Shown here piece after piece: positions 1 through 9,699 of a DNA stretch of 64,000 bases. Both the position numbers and the translations under genes were made by a program. Numbering within the stretch: position 1 is the stretch's first letter; each line of letters opens with the position of its first letter. The DNA is from Anaerolineales bacterium (lineage in GTDB: Bacteria; Chloroflexota; Anaerolineae; Anaerolineales; UBA11858), in NCBI GenBank assembly GCA_050049875.1, contig JASFVL010000001.1, forward strand, positions 987 to 64,986, in the 5' to 3' direction. The notes under the pieces were generated by a model, which worked only from the letters and a program-made list of their open reading frames with translations, ran no database searches and had not been told where the DNA came from.

Positions 1-1
1 A

Positions 2-385
2 TTTCCTCCGCGAGGTCAAATTGGTTCATTAATTAAGGTAGAGTCTTCGGTGCCACCTCCCGCCCCACGGACTAATGATATGGAAAGTGATGGTGCTCCC
101 TTTACCCAAGGTAGTATGTCCCCTGAGATGGTAACCGCGATCACAACTATAAAAAGCCAATCACCAAAAGGGATGCCAATAATTTATGATCCCCAATACG
201 GACTCGGATGGAAAGATCCAAAAGGATGGGAAGTTTATTTTGGATTGGATGTGTTCGATATTCAAATGAAATTAAGAGTCTATCAAGCCATAAAGGCTGA
301 ATTAAAAGCTCAGGGTATTAATCCTTCGCTGATTAGTGTTGAACACATACACGCACCATATTATCGATTGGAGCCGGGATTGTGA
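2..385 (+). CDS. ftsQ: Cell division protein FtsQ/DivIB, C-terminal fragment (5' end lies outside the window)
   Basis: The reading frame is open from base 2, with no stop before the listed GTG at 50. Stop TGA 383-385 overlaps the ftsA start (GTGATG). It sits directly upstream of ftsA-ftsZ as in dcw clusters. The sequence itself is only weakly diagnostic. Confidence 0.55.
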   Translation, partial: FPPRGQIGSLIKVESSVPPPAPRTNDMESDGAPFTQGSMSPEMVTAITTIKSQSPKGMPIIYDPQYGLGWKDPKGWEVYFGLDVFDIQMKLRVYQAIKAELKAQGINPSLISVEHIHAPYYRLEPGL

Positions 386-1620
386 TGGATTCACCCATTA
401 TCGTAGGCATTGATGTCGGCACAACTAAGACCTGTACTTTAGTGTCACGCGTTGAGAATGAGGCTCAATTGCGTATATTGGGGGTAGGAATTGAGTCGAG
501 CCAAGGTGTACGCAAAGGGGCTGTAGTAGATTTGAATGCTGCATCACGGGTCATCGCTCGATCGGTTGAGAAGGCTGAGAGAACTTCCGGATTAGAAATA
601 GACTCAGCATTGGTAAGCGTTGCGGGGTCGCATGTCTCATCAGTGAATAGTCGTGGGGTGGTGGGCGTCTTGGGGCGTACTATAGACCATGAAGATATTG
701 AGCGAGCAATCGATGCCGCCCGTGCTGTAGCGATACCACATAACAGGGAGATTGTTCACGTTATTCAGCGTGGGTTCACTGTGGATGGACAGGATGGTAT
801 CCGTATGCCGATAGGCATGCATGGATACCGCTTGGAGGTAGAGACCCATATCATTACAGCTTCAGCAGCTACACTAGAAAACCTTCACCAAGCTGTAGCA
901 GCAGCGCGCGTGAATACGAGTCAGTTTGTTCTTAATCCTTTAGCCTCAGCAGAAGTAGCATTGTCCGATACTGAAAGAGATATGGGGGTGATTGTTTGTG
1001 ATCTCGGTGGCGGTACAACAGATTTGGCAATCTTTATTGATGGTGATGTTTGGTATACAAGTGTCTTATCAATCGGAGGCAACCATATTACATCGGATAT
1101 CGCTCATGGTTTACGGTTGCCTATTCCCCAAGCTGAGGAGATAAAGATCCAACATGGTCACTCACTACAGTCCGAGATCTCCTCGGAGGAATATATCTTG
1201 GTAAATGCATTTGGGGAAGAGGGTCCAATTCAGATAAGACGCCTTGATCTTGCTTTGATTATAGAGGCAAGAGTAGAAGAAATTTTTGGAATGGTATTGC
1301 AAGAAATCAAACGATCTGGTTATGACGGCCTACTACCTGCAGGGATGGTTCTTACTGGAGGATCCAGTCTATTGCCAGGCATTCGTAAGGTTGCGAACAG
1401 AGTTCTTGGGATTCCTGTTAGGATTTCACAACCGAGTGGTTTGATAGGCATGACAGATCAAATAATCTCGCCCGCTTACGCCACGAGTGTGGGGTTGTTA
1501 AAGTGGGCTGAATTAATGAGTGAATTTACTCAGTATTCAACAGCAGGAACTGGGTCATGGATGGAAGGAGGTGAGAATTGGAATAAGGTAAAGGGTTGGC
1601 TAAGAAGATTGTTGCCTTAA
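382..1620 (+). CDS. ftsA: Cell division protein FtsA
   Basis: Actin/HSP70-fold motifs IVGIDVGTTKT and DLGGGTTD. C-terminal amphipathic tail KVKGWLRRLL. Located between ftsQ and ftsZ. Start is GTG 382 or ATG 385. Confidence 0.95.
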   Translation: MMDSPIIVGIDVGTTKTCTLVSRVENEAQLRILGVGIESSQGVRKGAVVDLNAASRVIARSVEKAERTSGLEIDSALVSVAGSHVSSVNSRGVVGVLGRTIDHEDIERAIDAARAVAIPHNREIVHVIQRGFTVDGQDGIRMPIGMHGYRLEVETHIITASAATLENLHQAVAAARVNTSQFVLNPLASAEVALSDTERDMGVIVCDLGGGTTDLAIFIDGDVWYTSVLSIGGNHITSDIAHGLRLPIPQAEEIKIQHGHSLQSEISSEEYILVNAFGEEGPIQIRRLDLALIIEARVEEIFGMVLQEIKRSGYDGLLPAGMVLTGGSSLLPGIRKVANRVLGIPVRISQPSGLIGMTDQIISPAYATSVGLLKWAELMSEFTQYSTAGTGSWMEGGENWNKVKGWLRRLLP

Positions 1621-1734
1621 GACAACCTGTCAGCGTCCCATATTATTATGAATTAAGTTAATTAGAAGGTAATAAGTCAATAAACAGAAAATTCTAACGA
1701 TGAAATTAATATGATATTAAATGAGGAGAAAGAC

Positions 1735-2862
1735 ATGATGCAACCAATAAATGAAGTTGAATCATTCGCCCGGATAAAAGTAATTGGGGTAGGTGGCGGT
1801 GGCTGCAATGCAGTTGACCGCATGATCAATGAAGGGCTTCAAGGTGTAGAATTCGTTGCCCTTAATACGGATGCTCAAGCATTACTTCTATCTCAAGCAC
1901 CAACTCGGGTTCGAATTGGTGAAAAGTTGACCCGCGGATTGGGCTCTGGTGGAGATCCGGAGACTGGTAGAAAAGCTGCGGAAGAATCAGCCGATGAGCT
2001 CTACAATGTGCTCAAAGGCTCTGATATGGTCTTTGTCACAGCTGGTATTGGAGGCGGCACAGGTACAGGTGCCTCTCCAGTGATCGCTCAGGTCGCCAAA
2101 GAGGTTGGAGCTTTGACCATTGGTGTTGTTACTCGCCCATTCACCTTCGAAGGGGCGAGACGGATCCAGGTGGCAGAGGGAGGCATTTCTAAACTCAAGG
2201 AACAAGCTGATACCTTAATCGTTATCCCGAATGACCGTTTGCTGCAGATCGTTGACAAACGTGCTAGCCTTCAAGAGGCTTTTAGTGTCGCTGATGATGT
2301 GCTAAGACAAGGAATTCAAGGGATATCTGAATTGATCACGGTACCCGGTTTGATCAACTTGGATTTTGCTGATGTCCGTACAATCATGTCTGAAGGTGGA
2401 GCAGCTTTGATGGCCGTAGGCAATGCTTCTGGAGATGATCGCGCTCGTGAAGCTGCAGAAGCTGCAATTTCCAGTCAGTTGTTGGATATCACCATCGATG
2501 GTGCCAGGGGTATCCTCTTTAACGTTACGGGAGGCCCTGATCTGACATTGTTCGAGGTAAACCAGGCTGCAGCGATCATTAAAGAGACCGCCCATCCCGA
2601 TGTAAATCTGATCTTTGGTGCAGTGATTGACCCAGAAATGGGAGATGCGATTCGCGTTACGGTGATAGCTACTGGATTCGAACGCACAGGTATGCCCCGA
2701 AGCGTTATGCAGCGACCTCGACCTCAGAAAGAGGTTACATCCAAGCCTCGCGAGATGGAGTCAGTGGCATCAGTTCGCCAGGCACGAGATTTTCAACCCC
2801 GAGCAATAAATACGGAGGACTTAGATATCCCAACGTTTTTACGAAATCGGGTTTCTAAGTGA
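1735..2862 (+). CDS. ftsZ: Cell division GTPase FtsZ
   Basis: [12 protein letters not shown] and tubulin signature [10 protein letters not shown]. Conserved C-terminal peptide DLDIPTFLR. Start moved from the ORF-track 1711 to ATG 1735, which lies 6 nt after GAGGAG. Confidence 0.97.
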   Translation: MMQPINEVESFARIKVIGVGGGGCNAVDRMINEGLQGVEFVALNTDAQALLLSQAPTRVRIGEKLTRGLGSGGDPETGRKAAEESADELYNVLKGSDMVFVTAGIGGGTGTGASPVIAQVAKEVGALTIGVVTRPFTFEGARRIQVAEGGISKLKEQADTLIVIPNDRLLQIVDKRASLQEAFSVADDVLRQGIQGISELITVPGLINLDFADVRTIMSEGGAALMAVGNASGDDRAREAAEAAISSQLLDITIDGARGILFNVTGGPDLTLFEVNQAAAIIKETAHPDVNLIFGAVIDPEMGDAIRVTVIATGFERTGMPRSVMQRPRPQKEVTSKPREMESVASVRQARDFQPRAINTEDLDIPTFLRNRVSK

Positions 2863-2960
2863 GAGAGTTATAATCTGCAAAATAAAGATAACTCGATTGG
2901 CAATTGGTTACTTCATTGGTCGTTAATTCGTCAGCAAAGTAATCAACCTTCAACCTCCGT

Positions 2961-2985
2961 TTGATATTGGTTGATAAGGTTGATG
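2961..2985. repeat. Three helically phased TTGAT(A/G) hexamers (2961, 2971, 2980); related copies at 2996 (TTGGATG) and 3041 (TTGATA)
   Basis: Read directly: TTGATAttggTTGATAaggTTGATGtcc in the ftsZ-nrdR spacer. Function unknown. Confidence 0.35.
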
Positions 2986-3221
2986 TCCTATATTGTTGGA
3001 TGAGAAGGCCATTGAAATAACTATTGGCACGCTTTAGTGTTTGATAGGTAAGCGTTGTTTATAAGCGTGGATGGAGATTGCGAAATAACTTATCTTTGTT
3101 ATTAGCTCGCATTGTAGTTTCCTTGAAAACCAAAGACGATTATTTGTTTAGTAGGATGGTTTTTCTTTAAGTTTTTAGCAATAGGTAATTTTAAATATCA
3201 GGGTTGCCCGTTTCTCCTCAT

Positions 3222-3255
3222 GATCCCCCCGCCATTGCCTTCCGGCGGGGGGATC
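3222..3255. other. Perfect 12-bp GC-rich stem-loop (GATCCCCCCGCC / 10-nt loop / GGCGGGGGGATC)
   Basis: The inverted repeat was read directly. There is no U-tract on either strand, so it is not a canonical intrinsic terminator. It lies 360 nt downstream of the ftsZ stop in a 590-bp non-coding spacer. Confidence 0.4.
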
Positions 3256-3413
3256 GAGGTGTATGTCATTGAATAACAGATTTATACAGATGTTAAAAAA
3301 ATCATGTGATATTAAATTATTAAGATAAAAAGTTTCGAGATCACCTTGTTCGCTTAGTTCATCTATGTTAAAATTAATATCTGGAACCGCCAGATTTACG
3401 GTATATAGCAATG

Positions 3414-3437
3414 TTTACCCCCACATATGGGGGTAAA
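3414..3437. promoter_or_regulatory. Palindrome TTTACCCCC-ACATAT-GGGGGTAAA, candidate operator or 5'-UTR hairpin of nrdR
   Basis: 9-bp arms read directly. It ends 18 nt before the nrdR ATG. The inner 16-mer resembles the AT-cored NrdR-box architecture. A sibling element lies at 28095-28115. Confidence 0.35.
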
Positions 3438-3454
3438 TCCGACTCAGGGTTATT

Positions 3455-3904
3455 ATGCGCTGTCCATATTGTCAGAACCAACGTTCTCGAGTTGTTGATA
3501 CGACCCACGACTCACGAGGAGGCGTACGTCGCCGACGAGAATGTTTGGAATGTGAACAGCGTTTCAGCACTTACGAAAGACCCATCTTAGCAACCCCTCT
3601 ACTCGTAAAACAGGATGGGACCCGTGAAGAGTTTGACCGCGAAAAGTTGATACGTGGAATACGGATATCCTGCGCCAAGCGTCCAGTCTCCGCAGCTGAT
3701 ATCGATCGGCTAGTAGGGGAAATTGAAGCCAAATTACAGAGCATGGGTCGTGCTGAAGTATCCTCCCGAGTGGTGGGGGATATGGTAATCACAGGTTTAA
3801 AAAACCTGGACCAGATTGCCTATATACGTTATGCAATCGTATATTTGGGGCTTGACGATCTACGTTCTATCCGGGGCGAGATTGATCGTCTATTAGAAAG
3901 CTAA
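3455..3904 (+). CDS. nrdR: Transcriptional repressor NrdR (Zn-ribbon + ATP-cone)
   Basis: N-terminus MRCPYC...RRRRECLECEQRFSTYE is the classic NrdR zinc ribbon, and an ATP-cone follows. Located upstream of an RNR gene. Confidence 0.95.
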   Translation: MRCPYCQNQRSRVVDTTHDSRGGVRRRRECLECEQRFSTYERPILATPLLVKQDGTREEFDREKLIRGIRISCAKRPVSAADIDRLVGEIEAKLQSMGRAEVSSRVVGDMVITGLKNLDQIAYIRYAIVYLGLDDLRSIRGEIDRLLES

Positions 3905-3933
3905 GATTGGCATAAAAGCTGTATCTGATTAGG

Positions 3934-3968
3934 GGAACATATTGTGCGCGTTATATGGACAATGTTCC
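3934..3968. promoter_or_regulatory. Imperfect inverted repeat GGAACAT(AT)TGT-N13-ACAATGTTCC upstream of nrdJ; candidate NrdR operator or leader hairpin
   Basis: Read directly. The minus-strand reading GCACAATATGTTCC matches the left half of the NrdR-box consensus (CACwAtAT) well and the right half poorly. Confidence 0.3.
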
Positions 3969-4035
3969 ATAATACAAGGGTAATGAGATTTGCTGAAGTT
4001 TGATTATATATTGGTAATGAAATAGGAGGATAAAA

Positions 4036-6615
4036 ATGTTGCAGGAGGTAAAATCGCAAAAGAATGATGTTCTTCCTACTCCCCCCATCCCCAATGATCT
4101 TAATGAAGTTAAGTTTGGGGAAAATGCCCGTAAAGTCTTCGTGCGACGATATGTTCGCAGAGGATCACACGGGGAACCAGTTGAATCTATAGAAGAAACA
4201 TTCTGGCGAGTTGCATATCACGTTGCGAGTGTTGAAACAAAATGGAATGGTGATGTGCAATCACGTGCTCATCAATTTTATGACCTATTAGCATCAAAAC
4301 AATTTTTCCCAAATTCTCCTACATTTACCGGCGCGGGTACACCATTGGGTCAATTAGCAGCATGTTTCGTGCTCCCTCTAAGCGATGATATGGGACGTTG
4401 GGATGATGGCATCTTCCAAACTCTGCGTGATGCAGCATTAATACAACAAACAGGCGGTGGGAACGGTTTTTCATTCTCTCGGTTACGACCAAAAGGCACC
4501 TTGGTTAAATCTTCTGCAGGTCAAGCTACAGGACCGGTAGGATTTTTGCGAGTATATGATAAAGCGTTCGGAGAAATCGCCCAAGGGGGTACCCGGCGTG
4601 GTGCGAATATGGCGGTATTACGCGTTGATCATCCTGATATTGAAGATTTTATCGTTTGTAAGACCGATGAGAACGCAATCACAAACTTCAATATTTCAGT
4701 GGGCGTTACAGATGCATTTATGACCGCAGTAGAAAATGATGACAGTTGGGATTTAATTTTCCCCGATGTAAATTCTAAAGAATATGATGACTTTAACGGA
4801 ACGTTAGAAGAAGCTATTGAATCTGGGATTCCTATCCGTGTATATAAAACAGTAAGGGCGCGTGAGCTCTTCAATAAAATTGTAAAATTTGCTCATCATA
4901 ATGGCGAACCAGGAATTCTTTTCTTGGATACCGCAAATCGGGCGAATCCTGTCCCTCACTTGTATGCTTTAGAAGCCACAAATCCCTGCGGTGAACAATG
5001 GCTCGGTCCTTATGAGAATTGTTGCTTAGGTTCCATCAATCTTGCTGAACACTGTGGATCCGATAATTCAGTGGATTGGAATCAACTTCAGAAAAGTGTT
5101 GAACTAGCGACTCGCTTTTTGGATGATGTGGTGGAAGCAAATGCTTATGTCCCAGCAGTTTCACAGCTTGAGAACGCAGCTCATCGGGCGAGGCGAATTG
5201 GTTTGGGTATCATGGGATTGGCTGACCTTATGTATCATGTTGGCGTTCGATATGGCTCTCAGGAAGCACAGGATTTTAGCGCGCAAGTAATGGAGTTTGT
5301 ACGATTCTGCGCGATGCAAACAAGTATTGTGTTAGCCAAGGAACGAGGACCATTTCCTGCAATTCAGGGTAGCCTTTATGACTCAGAGAATCTGAAATGG
5401 GAGATACCCTGCCCAATTTTTCCTTATCAATATGATTGGATGAGACCAAGCATAGATTGGGAATTGATTATTAATGGGATAAAAAAACATGGTATCCGTA
5501 ATGCAGCACAAACAACGATTGCCCCTACCGGCACAATAGCAACAGTAGCCGGATGTGAGGGTTACGGTTGTGAACCCGTCTTCGCCCTAGCTTATGTTCG
5601 CCATGTGGATGATAACGGAAATGATTTGTCATTGACCTACACGAGTCCTCTTTTTAAAGAGGCTCTTAAAAATTCTGGGCTTGACCGAGATTCGATTCGA
5701 AGAATCATTGAGGAAGTAGCGAAACGGGGTTCGTGTCAAACCATGGATAATGTACCGGACGAGATTCGTGATGTGTTCGTTGTTTCTCAGGATATAACTG
5801 CTGAGGAACATGTGCGCATGCAAGCGTCGATGCAGGCTTTTGTGGACAATTCATTATCTAAAACAATAAACTTCCCTAACGATGCTCTCGAAGAAGATGT
5901 GGCCATGGCTTATCGTTTGGCATGGAAGCTTGGGTGCAAGGGAATCACAGTGTATGTGACTGGATCAAGACAAAAAGTTGTCTTGGAGACTGAAACAACC
6001 GCAGAACGGAAAAGCGTCGAAGAGCAACTGGTCACAAATGATATGTCATCAGAATTATGGCACGATGGCAAAAAACCGCGACCTCGTTACCTGCACGGTT
6101 ATACATTTAGTGTGAATACACCCTTGGGGAAAGCATTCGTAACAATAAATGAGAATGGTAGCAACCAACCTTTTGAAGTCTTTATAAACACCGCTAAGGC
6201 AGGCTCAGACACCGCAGCTGTTTCCGAAGCCATTGGGCGCTTATTATCTTACGTATTTCGGTTAGCATCACCAGTATCACCCAGAGAGCGTATGCACGAA
6301 GTTGTTCGTCAATTGACGGGTATTGGTGGGGGAAGACCCATGGGATTTGGCCCGAATAGAGTACGTTCACTTCCTGATGGTGTTTCAAAAGCATTGCGAG
6401 AATACCTTGAAAATACAATCGAGGAACATATCGAATTGTCAGGTGACCCCCAGGATAATGGTAGGAATAGGGGGGTCAATGGAATATCGGAACATATTCC
6501 TGAGGATCGATCATCGTTTAAGATAGGAGATTTATGTCCCGAATGCGGTCAAGCAGCCTTTGTCAGTGAGGAGGGATGCAGGAAGTGCTATGCTTGTAGC
6601 TATAGTGAGTGTTGA
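4036..6615 (+). CDS. nrdJ: Adenosylcobalamin-dependent (class II) ribonucleotide reductase
   Basis: 859 aa. Motifs NSPTFTGAG, active-site loop TNPCGEQ and TIAPTGT. C-terminal Cys-rich tail CPECG...CRKCYAC. RBS AGGAGGA lies 6 nt upstream. Confidence 0.93.
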   Translation: MLQEVKSQKNDVLPTPPIPNDLNEVKFGENARKVFVRRYVRRGSHGEPVESIEETFWRVAYHVASVETKWNGDVQSRAHQFYDLLASKQFFPNSPTFTGAGTPLGQLAACFVLPLSDDMGRWDDGIFQTLRDAALIQQTGGGNGFSFSRLRPKGTLVKSSAGQATGPVGFLRVYDKAFGEIAQGGTRRGANMAVLRVDHPDIEDFIVCKTDENAITNFNISVGVTDAFMTAVENDDSWDLIFPDVNSKEYDDFNGTLEEAIESGIPIRVYKTVRARELFNKIVKFAHHNGEPGILFLDTANRANPVPHLYALEATNPCGEQWLGPYENCCLGSINLAEHCGSDNSVDWNQLQKSVELATRFLDDVVEANAYVPAVSQLENAAHRARRIGLGIMGLADLMYHVGVRYGSQEAQDFSAQVMEFVRFCAMQTSIVLAKERGPFPAIQGSLYDSENLKWEIPCPIFPYQYDWMRPSIDWELIINGIKKHGIRNAAQTTIAPTGTIATVAGCEGYGCEPVFALAYVRHVDDNGNDLSLTYTSPLFKEALKNSGLDRDSIRRIIEEVAKRGSCQTMDNVPDEIRDVFVVSQDITAEEHVRMQASMQAFVDNSLSKTINFPNDALEEDVAMAYRLAWKLGCKGITVYVTGSRQKVVLETETTAERKSVEEQLVTNDMSSELWHDGKKPRPRYLHGYTFSVNTPLGKAFVTINENGSNQPFEVFINTAKAGSDTAAVSEAIGRLLSYVFRLASPVSPRERMHEVVRQLTGIGGGRPMGFGPNRVRSLPDGVSKALREYLENTIEEHIELSGDPQDNGRNRGVNGISEHIPEDRSSFKIGDLCPECGQAAFVSEEGCRKCYACSYSEC

Positions 6616-6688
6616 TCCTATATCTGCTTTACGAGTAGTAATCTAACCTCACTCGAGAGTTTATGAAGTTATCGTTACGTTATATGAT

Positions 6689-6725
6689 ACCCACCTGGAT
6701 TAGATGAGGTGGGTGTCATTTTTTC
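6689..6725 (+). terminator. Rho-independent terminator of nrdJ
   Basis: ACCCACCT / 10-nt loop / AGGTGGGT, followed by GTCATTTTTTC. Confidence 0.7.
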
Positions 6726-7000
6726 GTGGAAAGTACAGATAGTAGCTATATTCAATCTACCTTATGGGTCGTTTATTGATTGAATCAGTAGAATCAATGA
6801 ACTCAACAAGGAACATGAATTCCTTTTGGCTTGTACCTCAGGAAGAAGATCGCTGATTCTTCCAATCAATTACGAGCCTATTATATGGATTGTGGTATGG
6901 TGATTATCTTCAAATTTGATCATAATATGCGTTAAAATTGTTGCAAGTCACGAGATGGGGAGCTATTGGAAAAGTTGGATTTAATTATGGAGGTGTAAAT

Positions 7001-7405
7001 ATGGCAATCTTATTCCCCACTGATGAATGGATCAAGGCTTTACACAATGAGCTAAACCGCAGTAAAGATTATAAAGAAGCAGCTCAAAAATGGGAGGGCG
7101 ACATCTGTTTTGTTATCAAAAAGGGTGCAGGTGTTCCTGGGGATACATATTTATATTTGGATTTATGGCACGGTATGAGCCGAGATGCTTATGAGAGTTC
7201 AACCCCCATTCGTTCTGAGTTTACTATCTCCGCTCCCCTAACAACATGGAAGCGAGTTATCGAAGGCAAATTAGATCCCATCAGGGGGATAATGTCTCGC
7301 CAGTTAAAATTGAGTGGACCGATGACAAAGATCCTGAAGGCACCAAAAGCGGCTGTTGAGTTAGTCAACTGTGCCACGAAAATAGACACGGAGTGGCCTG
7401 TTTGA
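7001..7405 (+). CDS. SCP2 sterol-carrier-like domain protein
   Basis: Tail KLDPIRGIMSRQLKLSGPMTKILK is typical of SCP2 domains. Start moved to ATG 7001, which lies 6 nt after GGAGGTG. Confidence 0.6.
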   Translation: MAILFPTDEWIKALHNELNRSKDYKEAAQKWEGDICFVIKKGAGVPGDTYLYLDLWHGMSRDAYESSTPIRSEFTISAPLTTWKRVIEGKLDPIRGIMSRQLKLSGPMTKILKAPKAAVELVNCATKIDTEWPV

Positions 7406-7878
7406 GTAGGGTAACCCCAAATAATTTTCTAATTAAGGGTTTAGTAGCATACTATGGATTGCTCCAATTTTTTCATCTGTTAGCGTTGATTAGGTCATTC
7501 CTATCATTAGCAGCAGGTAAACGGCTTGGGTTTCCAGCAATGCCTCCAATCTCTGGTTGGTCAATTCAGGCACAATATTTTCTAATTGGCATGGGTTTTA
7601 TTGATGCAGTAAATGTATTATTAGCTCTAGTATTTGTTTATAGCTTCTTCAAAATGGAGAAATGGTGGCTTTCAATGGGGTTGGTTTCTCTGACTGCTGC
7701 AATATGTTCAGCTTGGATCTTTGGTTTTGGAACGGTCCTTAGCGGCGCCTGGTCTAACCATCCGTTGGCTTATGGTGTCATGGTTTTTCTGTTTTCACCG
7801 GTCATTATCTTATTTATTATTCATATTTTTTGGTGTATTAAGGGACGATTCTCATGGGTAGAGAGAAATTGGCTTTAA
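7393..7878 (+). CDS. Hypothetical integral membrane protein (about 4 TM)
   Basis: Hydrophobic segments run throughout. It overlaps the upstream stop. The start (GTG) is uncertain. Confidence 0.5.
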   Translation: MACLSRVTPNNFLIKGLVAYYGLLQFFHLLALIRSFLSLAAGKRLGFPAMPPISGWSIQAQYFLIGMGFIDAVNVLLALVFVYSFFKMEKWWLSMGLVSLTAAICSAWIFGFGTVLSGAWSNHPLAYGVMVFLFSPVIILFIIHIFWCIKGRFSWVERNWL

Positions 7879-7951
7879 CAAGTAGTGATCAAATATAGCA
7901 ATTATCTATGCTAAAGTAGTACTGAGGCTGATTTGTTCTCTATTTCATTAT

Positions 7952-8380
7952 ATGATCCGGATAAGTAATCAACTATCAATAAACGAGGATGAGATTCAAT
8001 TCACCTTTGTACGTGCTTCTGGGCCTGGGGGACAGAAAGTTAATAAGGCCTCCACCGCGGTTCAGTTACGATTTGATATTGCCAACTCCCGCTCGCTCAC
8101 TCCTGAAATTCGGGAAAGACTTCTTAAACGATCAAAAAATCGGATTAATGAGGATGGTATTCTGATCATTGAGGCGCAGCGTTATCGCTCTCAGGCACGC
8201 AATCGCAAAGACGCGCTCGATCGGTTGCTTGTGCTTCTTCGGGATGTGTCAGAACCCCAAAAACCTCGTCTAAAAACTGAACCAACACTAGTATCCAAAG
8301 AACGTCGAATAAGAAAAAAGCGACAGCAGGCTGAGAAAAAGCGTTTACGGCGTCGGGTAGATGATCTTAATGAAATCTGA
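7952..8380 (+). CDS. arfB: Alternative ribosome-rescue factor ArfB (peptidyl-tRNA hydrolase, RF-1 domain)
   Basis: GGQ motif in ASGPGGQKVNKASTAV. Short length (142 aa) with a basic C-terminal tail KKRQQAEKKRLRRR. Confidence 0.85.
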   Translation: MIRISNQLSINEDEIQFTFVRASGPGGQKVNKASTAVQLRFDIANSRSLTPEIRERLLKRSKNRINEDGILIIEAQRYRSQARNRKDALDRLLVLLRDVSEPQKPRLKTEPTLVSKERRIRKKRQQAEKKRLRRRVDDLNEI

Positions 8381-8390
8381 TTGGGTTTGA

Positions 8391-9605
8391 ATGAACAGAA
8401 TTACCACATATTTATCTATTCGTTGGCAGCGCACTTTGTTCATCTTGTTTTTCGCCCAAATGATGACCGCTGTTGGTTTTTCCAGTGTTTTTCCCTTCTT
8501 GCCACTCTACGTAGATTCATTGGGTTCCTCGACTGACCTGAGTGTAGAATTTCTTTCTGGTATGGTTTATTCCGCTCAGGGTTTTAGTATGATGATAGCT
8601 TCCCCAGTGTGGGGGGTTTTAGCCGATCGTTATGGGCGTAAACTCATGGTTGAGAGAGCGATGTTTGGGGGATCAGTGCTATTGTTACTTATGGCCTTCG
8701 TCCAATCTGCAGAACAGTTAGTGCTCTTGAGAACAATTCAGGGTTTGATAACAGGAACAGTTTCAGCAGCAAGCGCCTTGATTGCCGCTGAAGCTCCTCG
8801 GAAACATATGGGCTCCGCGATGGGGACACTGCAAGTTGGTCTGGCTGGTGGGGTTGCGATAGGTCCAGTTATTGGTGGAGCTATCGCGGATCTTTATGGT
8901 TACCGAGTAGCATTTTTTGTGACAGCGGGACTGCTTTTCATTTCAGGAGTGGCTGTTTTATTTGGAGTTAAAGAGAATTTCAGTTCGCTTGCAAACGAAG
9001 ATTTTAAGCCTAGGACTTTCATAGCTGAGTGGCGCCGTGTTATAACCACACCAGGTGTTTTAACGAGTTACAGTATGCGTTTCACGAGTCAGCTTGGACG
9101 CATGATGATCATCCCGATCATCCCTTTGTTTATTTCAATTTTGTTGGTTGATCAGTCCGGGGTGAATACTTTTACCGGGATCGTTGTGGGCGTTGCATCT
9201 GGTACATCAACAATCAGTGCTATATATCTAGGGAGATTAGGTGACCGAGTAGGGCATAAAAAGGTGGTTATTGCATGCAGTCTGGTAGCGGCTCTTGTTT
9301 ACATTCCCCAGAGCATGGTGACTGCAGGTTGGCAATTGTTAATATTTCAGGCGCTTATTGGGATTTCATTAGGAGGCATCATTCCTACCATCAGTGCACT
9401 CCTTGCGCGTTATACTCAATCAGGTGAGGAGGGTGCGGTTTATGGTTTAGATAACGCCATTAATGCTGGGTCACGTGCTGTTGCACCAATATTAGGTTCA
9501 GGTGTTGCTTTGTTGTTTGGAATGAGAGCGACTTTCATCGGAACAGCACTATTTTTTTTACTTGTGGGTCTGTTAGGAATATGGCTCTTACCACAAAACA
9601 CATGA
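8391..9605 (+). CDS. MFS transporter
   Basis: About 12 TM segments. MFS loop motif GVLADRYGRK between TM2 and TM3. Confidence 0.85.
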   Translation: MNRITTYLSIRWQRTLFILFFAQMMTAVGFSSVFPFLPLYVDSLGSSTDLSVEFLSGMVYSAQGFSMMIASPVWGVLADRYGRKLMVERAMFGGSVLLLLMAFVQSAEQLVLLRTIQGLITGTVSAASALIAAEAPRKHMGSAMGTLQVGLAGGVAIGPVIGGAIADLYGYRVAFFVTAGLLFISGVAVLFGVKENFSSLANEDFKPRTFIAEWRRVITTPGVLTSYSMRFTSQLGRMMIIPIIPLFISILLVDQSGVNTFTGIVVGVASGTSTISAIYLGRLGDRVGHKKVVIACSLVAALVYIPQSMVTAGWQLLIFQALIGISLGGIIPTISALLARYTQSGEEGAVYGLDNAINAGSRAVAPILGSGVALLFGMRATFIGTALFFLLVGLLGIWLLPQNT

Positions 9606-9699
9606 TATCAAACCCGAAGTGATGCCAATTTATTTAGTTGCTTTACTTCGAATTAATCTGATTTACATGTTGAGTTATAAATAAGATTAGGAGGTATTT

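Noticed and set aside
2661-2683. tRNA T-arm-like string GGATTCGAAC
   Set aside because: It lies inside ftsZ (encoding ATGFERT) and has no acceptor or anticodon arms around it. No tRNA-like cloverleaf was noticed in any intergenic gap.
3175-3411. 78-aa minus-strand ORF in the ftsZ-nrdR spacer
   Set aside because: It has a TTG start without an RBS and AT-rich low-complexity content. It reads straight through the 12-bp GC hairpin (DPPAGRQWRGD). It is most likely non-coding.
3905-4035. Cobalamin riboswitch upstream of the B12-dependent RNR
   Set aside because: The spacer is only 131 nt and has no B12-box-like sequence. B12 riboswitches normally control B12-independent isozymes rather than nrdJ.
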